Below, in pieces: positions 41,395-56,335 of a DNA stretch of 64,000 nucleotides (its first letter is position 1; each line of letters starts with the position of its first letter). Source of the DNA: the human T2T-CHM13v2.0 reference genome, Homo sapiens. Where the stretch lies: NCBI RefSeq assembly GCF_009914755.1, contig NC_060947.1, one strand, 5' to 3'. Under the pieces are notes generated by a model, which was not told the origin of the DNA, searched no databases, and worked only from the letters and a program-made list of their open reading frames with translations. Both the position numbers and the translations under genes were made by a program.

Positions 41395-44300
41395 CACTTG
41401 TCTTAAAACATGCCTCAACAAATGCAAAAAGAACTGAAATTATAATAAACAGTCTCTCAGATCACAGCACAATGAAATTAGAACTCAATATTAAGAAACT
41501 CACTCAAAACCACACAACTGCATGGAAATTGAACAACCTGCTCCTGAATGACTTCTGGGTAAATAATGAAATTAAGGCAGAAATCAAGAAGTTCTTTGAA
41601 ACTAATGAGAACAAAGCGACAACATATCAGAATTTCTGGGATGCAGCTAAAATAGTGTTAAGAGGAAAATGTATACCACTAAATGCCCACATCAGAAAGC
41701 TGGAAAGATCTCAAATTGACATCTTAACATTACAACTAAAAGAACTAGAGAACTAAAAGCAAACAAACTGCAGAGCTATCAGAAGACAAGAAATAACCAA
41801 GCTCGGAGTGGAACTGAAGAATATAGAGACATGAAAAACCCTTCAAAAAAACAACAAATCTAGGAGCTGGTTTTTTTTTTTTTTTTTGAAAAAAATCAGT
41901 AAAATAGATAGACTACTAGCTAGACTAATAAAGAAGAAAAGAGAGAAGGTTAAAAAAAAAAAACACAATAAGAAATGATAAGGGGGATACCACCACTGAC
42001 CTCGCAGAAATACAAGCAACTATCAGAGAATATTATAAACACCTCTATGCACACAAACAAGCAAATATAGAAAAAAATTGATAAATTCCTGGACATATAC
42101 ACCCTCCCAAGACTGAGCCAGAAAGAAGTTGAATTCTTGAATAGAACAATAACAAGTTCTGAAATTGAGGCAATAATAAATAGCCTACCAACCAAAAAAA
42201 GCCCAGGACCAGATGCATTTACAGCTGAATTCTACCAGAGGTACAAAGAGGAGCTGGTACCATTTCTTCTGAAACTATTCCAACAATTGAAAAGGAGGGA
42301 CTCCTCCCTAACTCATATTATAAGGCCAGTATCAGCCTGATACCAAAATCTGGCAGAGATGCAACAAAAAAAGAAAACTTCAGGTCAATATCCCTGATGA
42401 ACATCGATGCAAAAATCCTCAATAAAAAACTGGCAAACTGAATTCAGTAGCACATCAAAAAACTTATCCACCATGATCAAGTCAGCTTCATCCTGGAGAT
42501 GCAAGGCTGGTTCAACATATGCATATCAATAAACATGATTCATCACCTAAACCGAACTAAAGACAAAAGCCACATGATTATCTCAATAGATGCAGAAAAG
42601 GCCTTCAATAAAATTCAACATTTCCTCATGTTAAAAACTCTCAACAAACTAGGTATTGAAGGAACATAGCTCAAAATAATAAGAGCCATTTATGACAAAC
42701 TGACAGCCAATATCATATTGAATGGGCAAAAGCTGGAAGCATTCTTCTTGGAAAACTGGCACAAGACTAGGATGCCCTCTCTCACCGCTCTTATTCAACA
42801 ATGTATTGGAAGTTCTAGTAAGGACAATCAGGCAAGAGAAAGAAATAAAGCATATTCAAATATGAAGAGAGGAAGTCAACTTGTCTTTGTTTGCAGATAA
42901 CATGATCCTATATCTAGAAATCCCCATCGACTCAGCCCCAAAGCTTTTCAAGCTGATAAGCAACTTCGGCAGAGTCTAAGGATCCAAAATCAATGTGCAA
43001 AAATTGCAAGCATTCCTATACACCAACAACAGACAAGCAGAGAGCCAAATCATGAATTAACTCTCATACACAATTGCTACAAACAGAATAAAATACCTAG
43101 GAATACAGCTCATTAGGGAAGTGAAGGATCTGTTCAAAGAGAGCTACAAACTACTGCTCGAGGAAATCAGAGAGGATGGACAGAAGAAAAAAAAAATTTC
43201 ATGCTCATGGATAGGAAGAATAAATATTGTAAAAATGGCCAATACTGCCCAAAGCTATGTATAGATTCAATGCTATTCCCATTAAACTACCATTGACATT
43301 CTTCACAGAATCAGAAAATAACTGTTTTAAAATACGTATGGAACAAAAAAAGAGCTTGTATAGCCAGGAGAATCCTAAGCAAAAAGGACAAAGCTGGAGG
43401 CATCACACTACCCAACTTCAAACTATACTACAAGTCTACAGTGACCAAAACAGCACGGTAATGGTACAAAAACAGGCACATAGACCAATGGAACAGAATA
43501 GAGAACTCAGAAATAAAACCGCACATCTACAACCATCTGATCTTCGGCAAACCTGACAAAAACAAGCAATGTGGAAAGGATTCCCTATTTAACAAATGGT
43601 GCTGGGAGAACTGGCTAGCCATATGCAGAAAATTAAAACTAGACCCCTTCCTTTTACAAAAATTAACCCAAGATGGATTAAGGACTTAAGTGTAAAACCC
43701 AAAACTACAAAAACCCTAGAAGAACATCTAGGCAATACCATTCAGGACATAGGCATGTGCAAAGATTTTATGATGAAATCGCCGAAAGCAATTGTAACAA
43801 AAGCAAAAATTGATAAATGGGATCTAATTAAACTAAAGATCTTCTGTACAGCAAAAGAAACTATCATGAGAGTGAACATGCAACCTACAGAATGGGAGAA
43901 AATTTTTGCGATCTATCCATCTGACAAAGGTCTAACATCCAGAATCTACAAGGAACTTAAGCAAATTTACAAGAAAAAAACAACCCATCAAAAAGTGGGC
44001 AAAGAATGTGAACAGACACTTTTTAAAAGAAGACATACATGCAGCCAACAAATATGAAAAAAGCTCAACATTACTGTTCATCAAAGAAATACACATCAAA
44101 ACCACAATGAGATACCATCTCACACCAGTCAGAATAGTGATGATTAAAAAGTCAAGATACAACAGATGATAGAGAGGTTGCAGATAAATAGGAGTGCCTT
44201 TACACTGTTGGTGGAATGTAAATTAATTCAACCACTGTGGAAACAGTGTAGCAATTCCTCAAAGACTTAGAACTGGAAATACCATTTGACCCAGCAATCC

Positions 44301-44830
44301 TATGACTGGGTATATACCCAAAGGAATATAACTCATTCTATTATAAAGATGCATGCATGGGTATGTTCATTGCAGCACTATTCACAATAGCAAAGACATG
44401 GAATCAATCCAAATGTTCATCAATGGTAGACTGGATAAAGAAAATGTGCTACATATATATCATGGAATACTATGCAGCCATAAAAAGGAATGAGATTATG
44501 TCCTTTGGAGGGACATGGATGGAGCTGGAAGCCATTATCCTCAGCAAACTAATGCAGGAACAGAAAATCAAACACCACATGTCCTCACTTACAAATGGGA
44601 GCTCAACAATGAGAACATGTGGACACAGGAAGGGGAACAACACACACTAGGGCTGGTCGGGGGAGGGTAAGGTGGGGGAGAGCATCAGGAAAACTAGCTA
44701 ATGCATGCCGGGCTTAACGCCTAGGTGATGGGTTGATAGGTGCAGCAAACCACCATGGCACACATGTAACTACGTAACAAACTGGCACATCCTGCATATG
44801 TACTCCGGAACTTAAAATAAAATTTTAAAA
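41395..44830 (+). mobile_element. 5'-truncated L1PA (about PA8-13) with disrupted ORF2
   Basis: ORF fragments 41472-41756, 42137-42340, 43596-44057 and 44357-44650 translate as L1 ORF2p; L1PA 3'UTR follows. Confidence 0.95.
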
Positions 44831-44831
44831 A

Positions 44832-47057
44832 TTGAATTCAGTCAACTTTCAGAATACAAAATTAATGTACAAAAATCTTTGGCATTTCTATACACTAATA
44901 GCTATCAGGCTTAGAAGCAAATCAAGAAGGTAATGTGATTTATAATAGCAATGAAAAAGACCTAGAAATATATTTAATCAAGATAATGAAAGATCTCTAC
45001 AAGAAAACTACACAAAATTGATGAAAAAAATTATAGATAAAACAAATGAAAAAATGTTTCATATGTATGGATTGGAAGAATTAAAACTGTTAAAATGATC
45101 ATATTGTCCAAAGCAACAAAGAGATTCTTTGTAATCCCTGTTAATATACCAACATTATTTTTCACAAGATTAGAAAAAAAAAATCCTAAAATTAGTATGA
45201 AATTGTGTAAAAGAGCCTGAACAGCCAAAGTGATTCTAAGCATAAAGAACAAAGCTGGTGGCATCACATTACCTGATTTCAAATTATATTACAAAGCTAT
45301 GGTAACCAAAAGAACATGGTACTTGGATAAAAACAGTCATATAGATCAATGGACGAGAGTAGAGAAGAAAAAAAACAAAGCCACATATCTACAATCACAT
45401 GATCTTTGCCAAAGTTGACAAAAAAAAAATACACTAGGGAAAGGATACCCTTTTGAATAAAAGGTTCTAGGAAAATTGGATAGCCATATGTACAGGAATG
45501 GAGCTGGACTCCTCTCTCCCACTACATACAAAAATCTACTCAAGATGGATCCAAAGACTTAAATGTAAGATAAGAAACTATAAAAATACTAGAAGAAAAT
45601 GTAGAGAAAGCTCTTCCAGACATTGGTATGGGTAAATAATTAATAACTAAGACCTCAAAAGCACAAGGAACAAAAATAACAATGGACAAATAGTACTTAA
45701 ACTAAAAATTTTCTGCAAAGCAAAAAAAATCAACAGAGTAAACAGACAGCTGGCAGAATGAGAAAAATATCTGCAAACTATGCATCTGACTGGGTATTGA
45801 TATACACAATTTACAGGGAAATCAAACAACTCAACAGAAAAACCCAATAGTTCCATTAAAAAGTGGGTAAAAGGACATGAATGGACACTTTTTCAAAAGA
45901 AGATATACAAACACCCAAAAAGCATGTGAGAAAATGCACGCCAGTGATGATTAGTGAAATACAAATTAAAGCCACAATGAGATACCACCTTATACCAGTC
46001 AGAATAGATAATATTAAAAAGACAAAAAATAACAGATGTTGGTGAGGATGCAGAGAAAAAGGGAATGATTATAAACTGTGATATAGTCTGGTTGTGCCCC
46101 CACCCAAATCTCATCTTGAATTGTAGATCCCATAATTCCTACATGCTGTAGGAGGGACTGGGTGGGAGGTAATTGAATCACGGGGGTGGTTTTCCCCATA
46201 CTGTTCTCATGGTAGTGAATAAGTCTCACAAGATCTGATGGTTTTATAAGGGGTTTCCCTTTTCGCTTGGTTCTCATTTTATCTCTTCTCTGCTACCATG
46301 TAAGATGTGGCTTTGCTTCTCCTTTCCCTTCCGCCATGATTGTGAGGCCTCCCCAGCCATGTGGAACTGTGAGTCCATTAAACCTTTCATTCTTTACAAA
46401 TGACCCAGTCTCGGATATGTCTTCATTAGCAGTGTGAAAACAAATACAAACTGTTACTGGGAATGTATTAGTACAACCTCTATGTAAAACAGCATAAAGA
46501 TGTCTCAAAGAACTAAAAATAGCACTACCATTTGATCTAGCAATCCCACTATTGGATATGTACCCAAAGGAATAAAAATTAATAAATCAAAAAGATATCT
46601 GCTCTCATGTTTTTAGCAGTACTATTCATAATAGCAAAGACATGGAGTCAACTTAAGTGTCCATCAACAGATAATTGGATTAAGAAAATATGGTATATAT
46701 ACACAATTGAGTCCTATTCAGCCATAAAAATGAAGGAAATGCTGTCTTTTGCAGCAACATGAATGGAAGTGGAGGCCATTATCTGAAGTGAAACAACTCA
46801 GAAAGTCAGTTACCATATGTTCTCATTTATAACTGTGGGCTAAATAATGTGTACACATGGGCCTACAGAGTTGAATAATAGTCATTGGAGACTCAGAGAA
46901 GTAGGAGGGTAGGAGGGAATGACGCATGAGATATTACTTAATGGGTACAATGTATACTACTTGGGTGATGTTTACACTAATTGCCCAGTCTTTAGGAATA
47001 TGCAATGTATCCATGTAACAAAACTGCAGTTGTACCTCCTTTAAATTTATATAAAAA
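44832..47057 (+). mobile_element. L1PB-type 3' portion
   Basis: ORF2 3' part plus 3'UTR 'ttacttaatgggtacaatgta...gtaacaaaactgca'. Confidence 0.9.
46079..46448 (+). mobile_element. THE1 solo LTR
   Basis: tgatatagtctgg...aaataca; exact TSD aactg. Confidence 0.9.
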
Positions 47058-47619
47058 TCAATATGGCAAACAAAATATGCAGGGAAAAATACAATAAGGG
47101 AAACTTTTATATTTGTTTACAATACTTAAATGGGAAATTCCTGCAGTTTTGGGGACTCCAAGCTAATAATCAACTTAAGGAGTCTAGATTGATTGTTTTT
47201 GATCCTAGAGTAGTGAGTAGAAGCAAATGCAAATTCTCCATGAATGAAAACATCTTCAAGCCAGTGCTCTTGGTGTTGCTATAACTCCCTGCTAAATATA
47301 AGATCACAACTCATATTTACAAAGCATATTTATAACAAAGCCACTGTGAACAAGAGTCAGAAAACAAACAAAAAAGTAGTATAATTAAATTATTTGAAGA
47401 AATTAAAAAGGAATAACACAGGAAGGAAAATACATCTTATACATCTTTGAAAATAAAGGGCCAAGTTTCAATGGACAGGTGAACTAAAATTGAAGATTTC
47501 TGAAGATGGATTATAAAGTATACAGAATGTCACTCATCCTCACCAACATAAAAACACTATAATAATCTTCTACAATACAAAACAAAAAACAACCTACCAC
47601 CAACAACAAAAAAAAAAAA

Positions 47620-49140
<1,521 letters not shown>

Positions 49141-49161
49141 TTTTTTAAGAATTATCCAAAT

Positions 49162-49760
49162 TGGAGGTGCTTCAAGATGGCTGAATAGAGGCATCGGGTG
49201 CTTCCCTCCTCCACAAAGAAGAACCAAAATAGTGAGTAGATAATCACACTTTAAATAGATCATCTAAGAGTGAACACTGGAATTCAACAGAGAAATGACA
49301 GGGAGCACCTAAAACAAGGAAGAAAAGGAAAGTGGGGAAGTGAGACAGCCTTTTTGGCTGGAATCAGCTGGGAGCCTGGAGAGGCTCCTCATGGTGAGGA
49401 AAAGGTAAGTGAGTGACTTCCAGTGGCCTGCATTCCCACTGCAGACTCCCGCATTCTAGCCACAGGAAAGGTCCTAGACCCATAGGAGTCCCAAGACTAA
49501 CATAAGAAGCTGTCTGGAGACCACAAAAAGGCATTGCTCCAGGAAGAGAGCTCACACTGCATACCATGCACTACCTGATCCACAGTATTATGTATATTTC
49601 AAAGTAACTAGAAGGAAGAACTTGAAATGATACGAACATATAAAAATGATAAACACGCAAGGTGATGGATACCCTAAATGCCCTGGCTTGATCATTACAC
49701 ATTCCATGCATGCAACAAAACTCACATGCACCCATAAATGCACATATTACATATTTATGT
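49162..49760 (+). mobile_element. L1M 5'UTR fused to an L1MA 3' end
   Basis: 'cttcaagatggctgaatagaggcatc' to ~49580, then 'gtatatttcaaagtaactaga...gatcattacacatt'. Confidence 0.75.
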
Positions 49761-49853
49761 ATAGTGAAATTTCTCCAGAGTGAAATTTCTAAACTATATA
49801 TATATATATATGTATCTTTTCAACTTTACTGAATAATACATAAACTGTTTTTC

Positions 49854-50405
49854 TTTTTTTTAAATTTTATTATTATTATACTTTAAGTTTTAGGGTACAT
49901 GTGCACAATGTGCAGGTTTGTTACATATGTATACATGTGCCATGTTGGTGTGCTGCACCCATTAACTCGTCATTTAGCATTAGGTATATCTCCTAATGCT
50001 ATCCCTCCCCCCTCCCCCCACCCCACAACAGGCCCCAGTGTGTGATGTTCCCCTTCCTGTGTCCATGTGTTCTCATTGTTCAATTCCCACCTATGAGTGA
50101 GAACATGCAGTGTTTGGTTTTTTGTCCTTGCGATAGTTTGCTGAGAATGATGGTTTCCAGCTTCATCCATGTCCCTACAAAGGACATGAACTCATCATTT
50201 TTTATGGCTGCATAGTATTCCATGGTGTATATGTGCCACATTTTCCTAATCCAGTCTATCGCTGTTGGACATTTAGGTTGGTTCCAAGTCTTTGCTATTG
50301 TGAATAGTGCCGCTATAAACATACGTGTGCATGTGTCTTTATAGCAGCATGATTTATAATCCTTTGGGTATACACCCAGTAATGGGATGGCTGGGTCAAA
50401 TGGCA
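49854..50405 (-). mobile_element. Young L1PA 3' end
   Basis: Near-consensus ORF2 C-terminus (ORF 50080-50406); TSD aactgtttttc. Confidence 0.95.
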
Positions 50406-50559
50406 TAACTGTTTTTCAAGATGGATTTACCAGTTTATACAATCACATGGGCCATATATGAGAATCCCCATCAGTGCAAATTTGCACCAACACTAGATAT
50501 TGTCTGGCAGTTATTAAGAGTGCAGTTTTGAAATAAGAGTTGAAAAGGTTAAACTAAGG

Positions 50560-51830
50560 AACATATGTAAAACTGTGCCCCAATTGTATTAGACAAAATA
50601 CCTTGTTCTCTTGTACATATGGAGCATATATAATAATTGACCAGGCAAGAGGGAATAAAGTAAGTCCCAACAAATTTTCAAGGATCATTACACAGACCAC
50701 ATTCCTTTATCAAAATGCAATCTGGTTAAAGATCAACAAAAAAGGCTTAATAAAACACTCAAGACATTAGGTAATTTTTAAATATGCTTCTAAATGCCTC
50801 CTGTGCAAAAAAAATTAAAATGGAAATCAGATAATCATTAGAGCTTAATAAAAATACTACACATCAAATGAAAATATTACATTTCAAAACTTGTGGAATG
50901 CAATGAAGCTAAAGCAAATATCCAGGAGAAAACATTAACTTAACTAATTATGTGTAAGGAAAGAAATGCTGAAGACTCACAAGACTTTTCTCTAACTTAA
51001 GATTTATTAAATATCAATCAAATAATCCCCAAAAGAATGGAGTGGAACAAAGAGGACAGAAATAATGAAATAGAAAAAAATGATAAAATAGGATCAACAA
51101 AGTGAACAACAAAATTTTGGAAAGACTAATGAAATAGAAAAATCTCTGCCATCAATAACAAAACAGTATTAAACATGTAAAGGAGACGTGACTACAAATA
51201 CAGCAGTTATTGAAAAAATAATGATCAGATATTGTAATCAACTGTAGGCCTATAACTGTCTAAACCTTATATAAATACGCCATCTCCTTAACAATATAAT
51301 CCAACACTGACAAGAAAAGACAGAAACTTAAATATACCTATAAGCATTAAATTGAATCAGTCCTGAAAAATTATATTCTCTTTTTTTTATTTGTGTTTCT
51401 TTCACATACACACTCACACAGACTTGGATAGTTATACAGGTGTAAACTACATATATTCAAAGAACATTTGATTCCCATATTATATAACTTCTTTTATGGA
51501 GAATTCAAAAACAGGGAACAATTTAATGAGGGTAACATAAACTTAATACCAAAACCTAACAAGACAGCAGAAGAAAAAATCACAGGATGCCAGGTAAATA
51601 TTTCAAACATAGAAGCAAAATTCTTACCTAAACATAACGTATTAAACATATTAAATGAAAATTAACTTTAAAATTCTAAATGAATTATATATACACACAC
51701 ACACATGCTGTACATGTCCAGAGAGTACAAGGATAGTTGTAACATTAGAAAATCTGCTAATATTATACTCCACGTTAACGAATAAATAGAGAAAACTCAA
51801 ATAATAATCACACAAACATAAAAAGGTATG
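50560..51830 (+). mobile_element. Degraded old L1M ORF2
   Basis: 'caaaacttgtggaatgca', 'taataccaaaacc'. Confidence 0.7.
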
Positions 51831-51984
51831 ATTCTAACTTCATAGCAGGTGCTTTATTGTCGGTATTCATACCTCTCCCCACCGTTAATATTAAATTTGG
51901 ACTAATTGCTAATGTTAGTCACGTAGTGGTGTAAAAATAATAGTGAATGAATTAGTGAATTAAAAGTTTATGAACAGCACTCAC

Positions 51985-52102
51985 CTTGGTCTCACTGACA
52001 AAAACCATTGTGCTTGCTTTGTGAGCTGCAAAAGCATACACTTACATGAAATACACCATTTTATTGCTGACAAAACTGTATTCTTTGCAGAACATCAAAT
52101 TC
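51985..52102 (-). pseudogene. Exon relic (pre-Walker A): EFDVLQRIQFCQQ*NGVFH(G)KCMLLQLTKQAQWFLSVRP
   Basis: Acceptor ttcttatcactag, donor AAG|GTGAGT. Restoring one base gives FHGK..LL and a phase-2 end that matches the next exon. Confidence 0.7.
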
Positions 52103-52601
52103 CTAGTGATAAGAATATTTTTTTTTTCACTCTTGGACTGAAAGGGACTTTTTAATCAAAGAAAAGAAACATCCTTAAAGATATAAACATTTGTCTCCAA
52201 GTAAAATACATTTGATAAAGATAACACATTGCTGAAATAACTGAATAACACAAATTTCCCAGAAAACACAGAGCAGTGTACAAAAAAGCAGCCACCTGTT
52301 ATTCTATTTTTATCCATTGCTCTCTTCATTCTTGCCTACAAGGTTAGCTTTCCACTTTAAATAAAATTATAAATATGCCAAAAAAGTAAATAAAAGCTAT
52401 CATTCTGAATATTAGAAAAAGCAGATATTGTTCTTTAAAGTAGAATTATAGATTCTTCATTCAAATAAGAAAAAAGTAAAGGCTTTTAACCCAATATTCT
52501 GATAGGTAATATCATCTTTCAAATGAAGGTTTTGTTTCAAAGAACACTGAACTTTCATCTAAAAGATGTTCCATGGTAGTTTTGTCATAGTAATCACTTA
52601 C

Positions 52602-52839
52602 TTTGAAAGAATTTTTCAATTTCTGCTCTGTACATAGCCTTGGTGCAGACAGTCTACAATATTTTTTTTTCCTGAAACTTGGATTCAGTGTCAGAACTAG
52701 AAACGCAAGTTAGAAGGATCAACTGCTTTCTCATATAGGATCTTTTTTTAACTTGAGTCAATTTCAACAAACCAGAACACCCATGTATTGCTGATGTCAG
52801 AAGAAAGGTCAATAGTTATGATAAAAGCTTTCAATGTGA
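52602..52839 (-). pseudogene. Exon relic: ...GLLKLTQVKKRSYMRKQLILLTCVSSSDTESKFQEKK...
   Basis: Donor AAA|GTAAGT at 52602; acceptor candidates at 52839 or 52696; frameshifted. Confidence 0.5.
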
Positions 52840-53169
52840 CTACAATCATAAGGCACATGACGTGGGGCTTTATGGAATGGTATGAAGTTCTCTTCAGCGA
52901 TAAAATCAGATAGTGTTTAATATTTAAATTAGATAGCATTTCCTTAAGTCACAAATCAAACTGAAAAAAAACTATGCCTCTAGTGACCTAAGAAAAGAGT
53001 TAATTAAATATTACTATCTTATACGTAGATGGCACTTAAGAGCTTAAAACACTTTCCATGTGATCCTCATTTACAGATGAGAAACAGTTTCAGTAACATA
53101 GCTGTAATAATATTAGTAGTACTGCTCTACACCTAGCTAACACTTACTGAGTTCTTACTCTGTGCCCGG

Positions 53170-53670
53170 CAAGCATCCATAAACAGCAGCATCATGCTAA
53201 TGCTAGTTGGCTTGCCACACTTCCATAGATCCGAACAGTAAGAAGACAACAAGCCTAAATAGATTCAGTGCATTACATTCCTGTACCCAGGAGATGACAC
53301 TGAACCTGAAGGGCCAGAGGGACCCAAGGGGTGGTTCACTCTATCACTAAGGAAGCAAACAGTTCTCTAAACTTACACAGAAGTTTGCAGCTGTGCCCTA
53401 AGAAGGCAGGGCAAGGTGGAAAGTCCCATGCCTCATTGGAACCAGAGAGATAGATGACAAGCTATCTTATTGCAGACTCCCACAAGAACCGAGGAGGATG
53501 AGAAATGAACTTAGGATGCGTTCACAAGACTGCCCATCTCTCCATGTTCCTGGGAGGATTACAGAGTGTTCTGCCAAGGCTCAGGTTAAACTGCAGTTGG
53601 CTTTGCCTACGTGAGCTATGTAGAAGAATGCAAGGTCACTAGCATGCTATGGTGGAGCCATTCCTCTACA
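53170..53670 (-). mobile_element. Probable old ERVL-type LTR (family uncertain)
   Basis: GC-richer ~500-bp block starting TGTAG on the minus strand; resembles MER54/MER74-like LTRs. Confidence 0.4.
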
Positions 53671-53737
53671 AAGACATTATACAAATTAATCTTCAGAAGA
53701 AGATACTATTATTATGTCTTTGTTACCAACAGAAGAC
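53671..53737 (-). pseudogene. Exon relic: SSVGNKDIIIVSSSED*FV*CL, abutting an LTR
   Basis: Strong acceptor cattttctctttcag. FV.CL(C) resembles NWD2 FLKKCVC (recalled). Confidence 0.5.
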
Positions 53738-53789
53738 CTGAAAGAGAAAATGCCTAATACTTACATGTGCCAAGAGCAGGATTTGTAAA

Positions 53790-54170
53790 TTTATATTTGA
53801 GGGGCTACAATGAACAAAACACCGAATTTAAGAAAGCGTATACATGGGAAGCATTTAATTTTCTCACCAAGAGGTCTGAGGGTTGGTGATTCCAGGGTTA
53901 GTTTGGCAGTTCAATCATGTCATTAGGAACCCGTATTATTTCCATGATTCTGTCATGTTCCTCACATACTTTTTGTCCTCAAGCTTGTCACCTAATGATC
54001 ACAACATAGCTGTTTTATCTCCAAATATCACATCATCACAGGAAAATGATCAAACCAGTAAGGCAATTTGGGGAAAGAGAAAAGGTGCTGTCCTAACAAA
54101 GCCAGACTTCTACTAGCAAGGGAGTAGGGGAAATGGTCCTGAGTTGGCAATCAGCAGTCTGTCACACAGC
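53790..54170 (-). mobile_element. Old MLT1-type LTR
   Basis: Ends 'cagcagtctgtcaca'. Confidence 0.55.
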
Positions 54171-54271
54171 TTAATCAGTACTGGAGTGAAAGCAAGAACA
54201 GAAACTCATACATTTGCGATTTAAACCCACTGCTCCCAAATATGACACATTTTCCCCACGTGCCTATTTAC

Positions 54272-54384
54272 AAGAAAATTTTTAATTTCTTCCATCAATG
54301 GCACCCAATGAATAGACAGAATAGATTTTATTACAAATATACCTCATTCTATAGGTAAGTCTCTTAGGTTTATCCTGTCTAAGT
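54272..54384 (-). pseudogene. Exon relic: LRQDKPKRLTYRMRYICNKIYSVYSLGAIDG / EEIKNFL
   Basis: Strong acceptor attttgctctcttcag; long open frame entered in phase 2; donor position uncertain. Confidence 0.55.
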
Positions 54385-55268
54385 CTGAAGAGAGCAAAAT
54401 ACAGCTAACTATGCCCTTCAGCTGAACTGGAAGGTTCTGGTGTGTTCTGTGAGTGATCAGGACCAGGCTTTCTTTGCTTTATTTTGCAGAAAATTTTACT
54501 GTTTCTTCTTCCTCCTCTCCCCTCTTCTGTTCCTCCTCCCCCTCCTCCTCCTCCTCCTCCTCTTCATTTGTACTTTACAGAGTTTCATATCCAACTAATA
54601 TTATTGAACAAATATGTAAAAGGAACAATGAAAAACAATAATAGTAAAGCAGCTATCATTAACTGAATGCATAACATGGGCCAGGCATCTAACATAGATT
54701 GTTCATAATCCTCACAACTATTCCACTGAGGGAAATATGAAAACTTCCTGTTTTTCAAATCATGTAAGGCTCTTTTATAAATTTGTATACATGTACTTAT
54801 TTAAGAAAAGGTATTGAAAAAGTTATATGTGCAAAATTCTATGCTAGACACTATAGATGCAATTATTAGCAAAATGAGGCACAGTACAGTTTAGTAGAGG
54901 AACACACGCATTAACCAAAAAAGGAATAATTATGTGAAAAATTATGTGAAAAAATATGTGAAAAAAATGTGAAAAAAATATGCAATTGTGATAAGTTCTC
55001 ATATACAAGAAATATATTATGTTGTGGAAGCCCTTAGGGACACTTGGCCTAATTAGCAATGACTGCGTCCCATGAGGAAATGATACAAGAACTGAGAAAA
55101 GAAGGATAGGTAGACGTTATCTATCTGAAGTGGTGGCATTCTAAGCAAAAGGGAAATCATTTGTAAAGACCATTTGGCAGGAAAGTAAAAGTAGGCTGGA
55201 AATGGAGGGTATGGTGCTGAACAGATCTTGAGAAGTAGGTAGGGACAACATGACACAGGGCCTCATAG

Positions 55269-56127
55269 TGTTACTGGTGGAGGGTGTCCAGGTCCTTGGC
55301 ATTTTGAAGAAAGAATTGGACAAAACACACAAAGCAAGGAAAGAATGAAGCAACAAAAGCAGAGATTTATTGAAAACAGAAGCACACTCCACAGGGTGGG
55401 AGACGGCCCAAGCAGGCAGCTCAAGGGCCCAGTTACAGAATTTTCTAGGGTTTAAATATCCTCTAGATGTTTCCCATTCATTTACACGGCATATGTCCTA
55501 TGTAAAGGAAGGGGCTGAAGTGAAGTTACAAAGTTATTTACTTGGTGTACACCCTATGCAAATTAAGAGGATTGTATTAGTCAATTTTCACGCAACTGAT
55601 AAAAATATACCCAAGACTGGGCAATTTACAAAAGAAAGAGTTTATTGGACTTAGTTCCACATGGCTGAGGAGGCCTCACAATCATGGTGGAAGACAAAGA
55701 GGAGCAAGTCACATCTGACGTGGATAGCGGCAGGCAAAGAGAGAGCTTGTGCAGAGAGAAACGCCTGTTTTCGAAACCATCAGATCTCGTGAGACCCATT
55801 CACTATCACAAGAAGAGCATGGGGAAGACCCACCACCATGATTCAGTCATTTCCCACCAGGTCCCTCTGACAACATGCGGAGATTACGGGAGCTACAAGA
55901 TGAGATTTGGGTGGGAACACAGAGCCAAACCATATCAAGGATAAAGTAAAGTTCAAAGTTATTTACTTGGTGTACACCCCCCACAAATGAAGAGGATGTT
56001 TCCTATCATACCTGAAGTAGAGTTACAAAGTTATTTACTGGGTCTTAGAAAGTTAGGGTTTTTCCATTTGATTGAGTTCTAGGAAGTCTTTAGGTTCCCT
56101 GCCTCCAGGCCCTATTCTCCTGCCTCA
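55269..56127 (-). mobile_element. MER51-type LTR within L2, interrupted by THE1 (-, 55573-55937)
   Basis: End 'ccctattctcctgcctca'; TSD atag/gtag; THE1 TSD aggat exact. Confidence 0.85.
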
Positions 56128-56335
56128 GTAGTTCATGAAAAGATCATGTCTTTAAATCAAAAGCAGCATAGGATATTCATTTATAGTGTGATTCACTCAT
56201 TCATTTAAAAAATGTCTAGTGCCTATTATATGCAGACACTAGGCAGGGTACTGGGTATGCATAGCAAGCAAGATAAATATGGTTCCCGTCCACAGAAAGC
56301 TTAGAGTTTAGTGGGGGGTACAAATATCAATTACT

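Noticed and set aside
41395-44830. Active L1 / intact reverse transcriptase
   Set aside because: 5'-truncated with many stops and frameshifts.
54345-54360. Strong plus-strand donor TAG|GTAAGT
   Set aside because: No supporting plus-strand exon chain; it lies within a minus-strand exon relic.
54929-54982. Short repeats (tatgtgaaaaa)x4 considered as an array
   Set aside because: Simple slippage repeat within L2 with no spacers; no CRISPR or prokaryotic features in this window.
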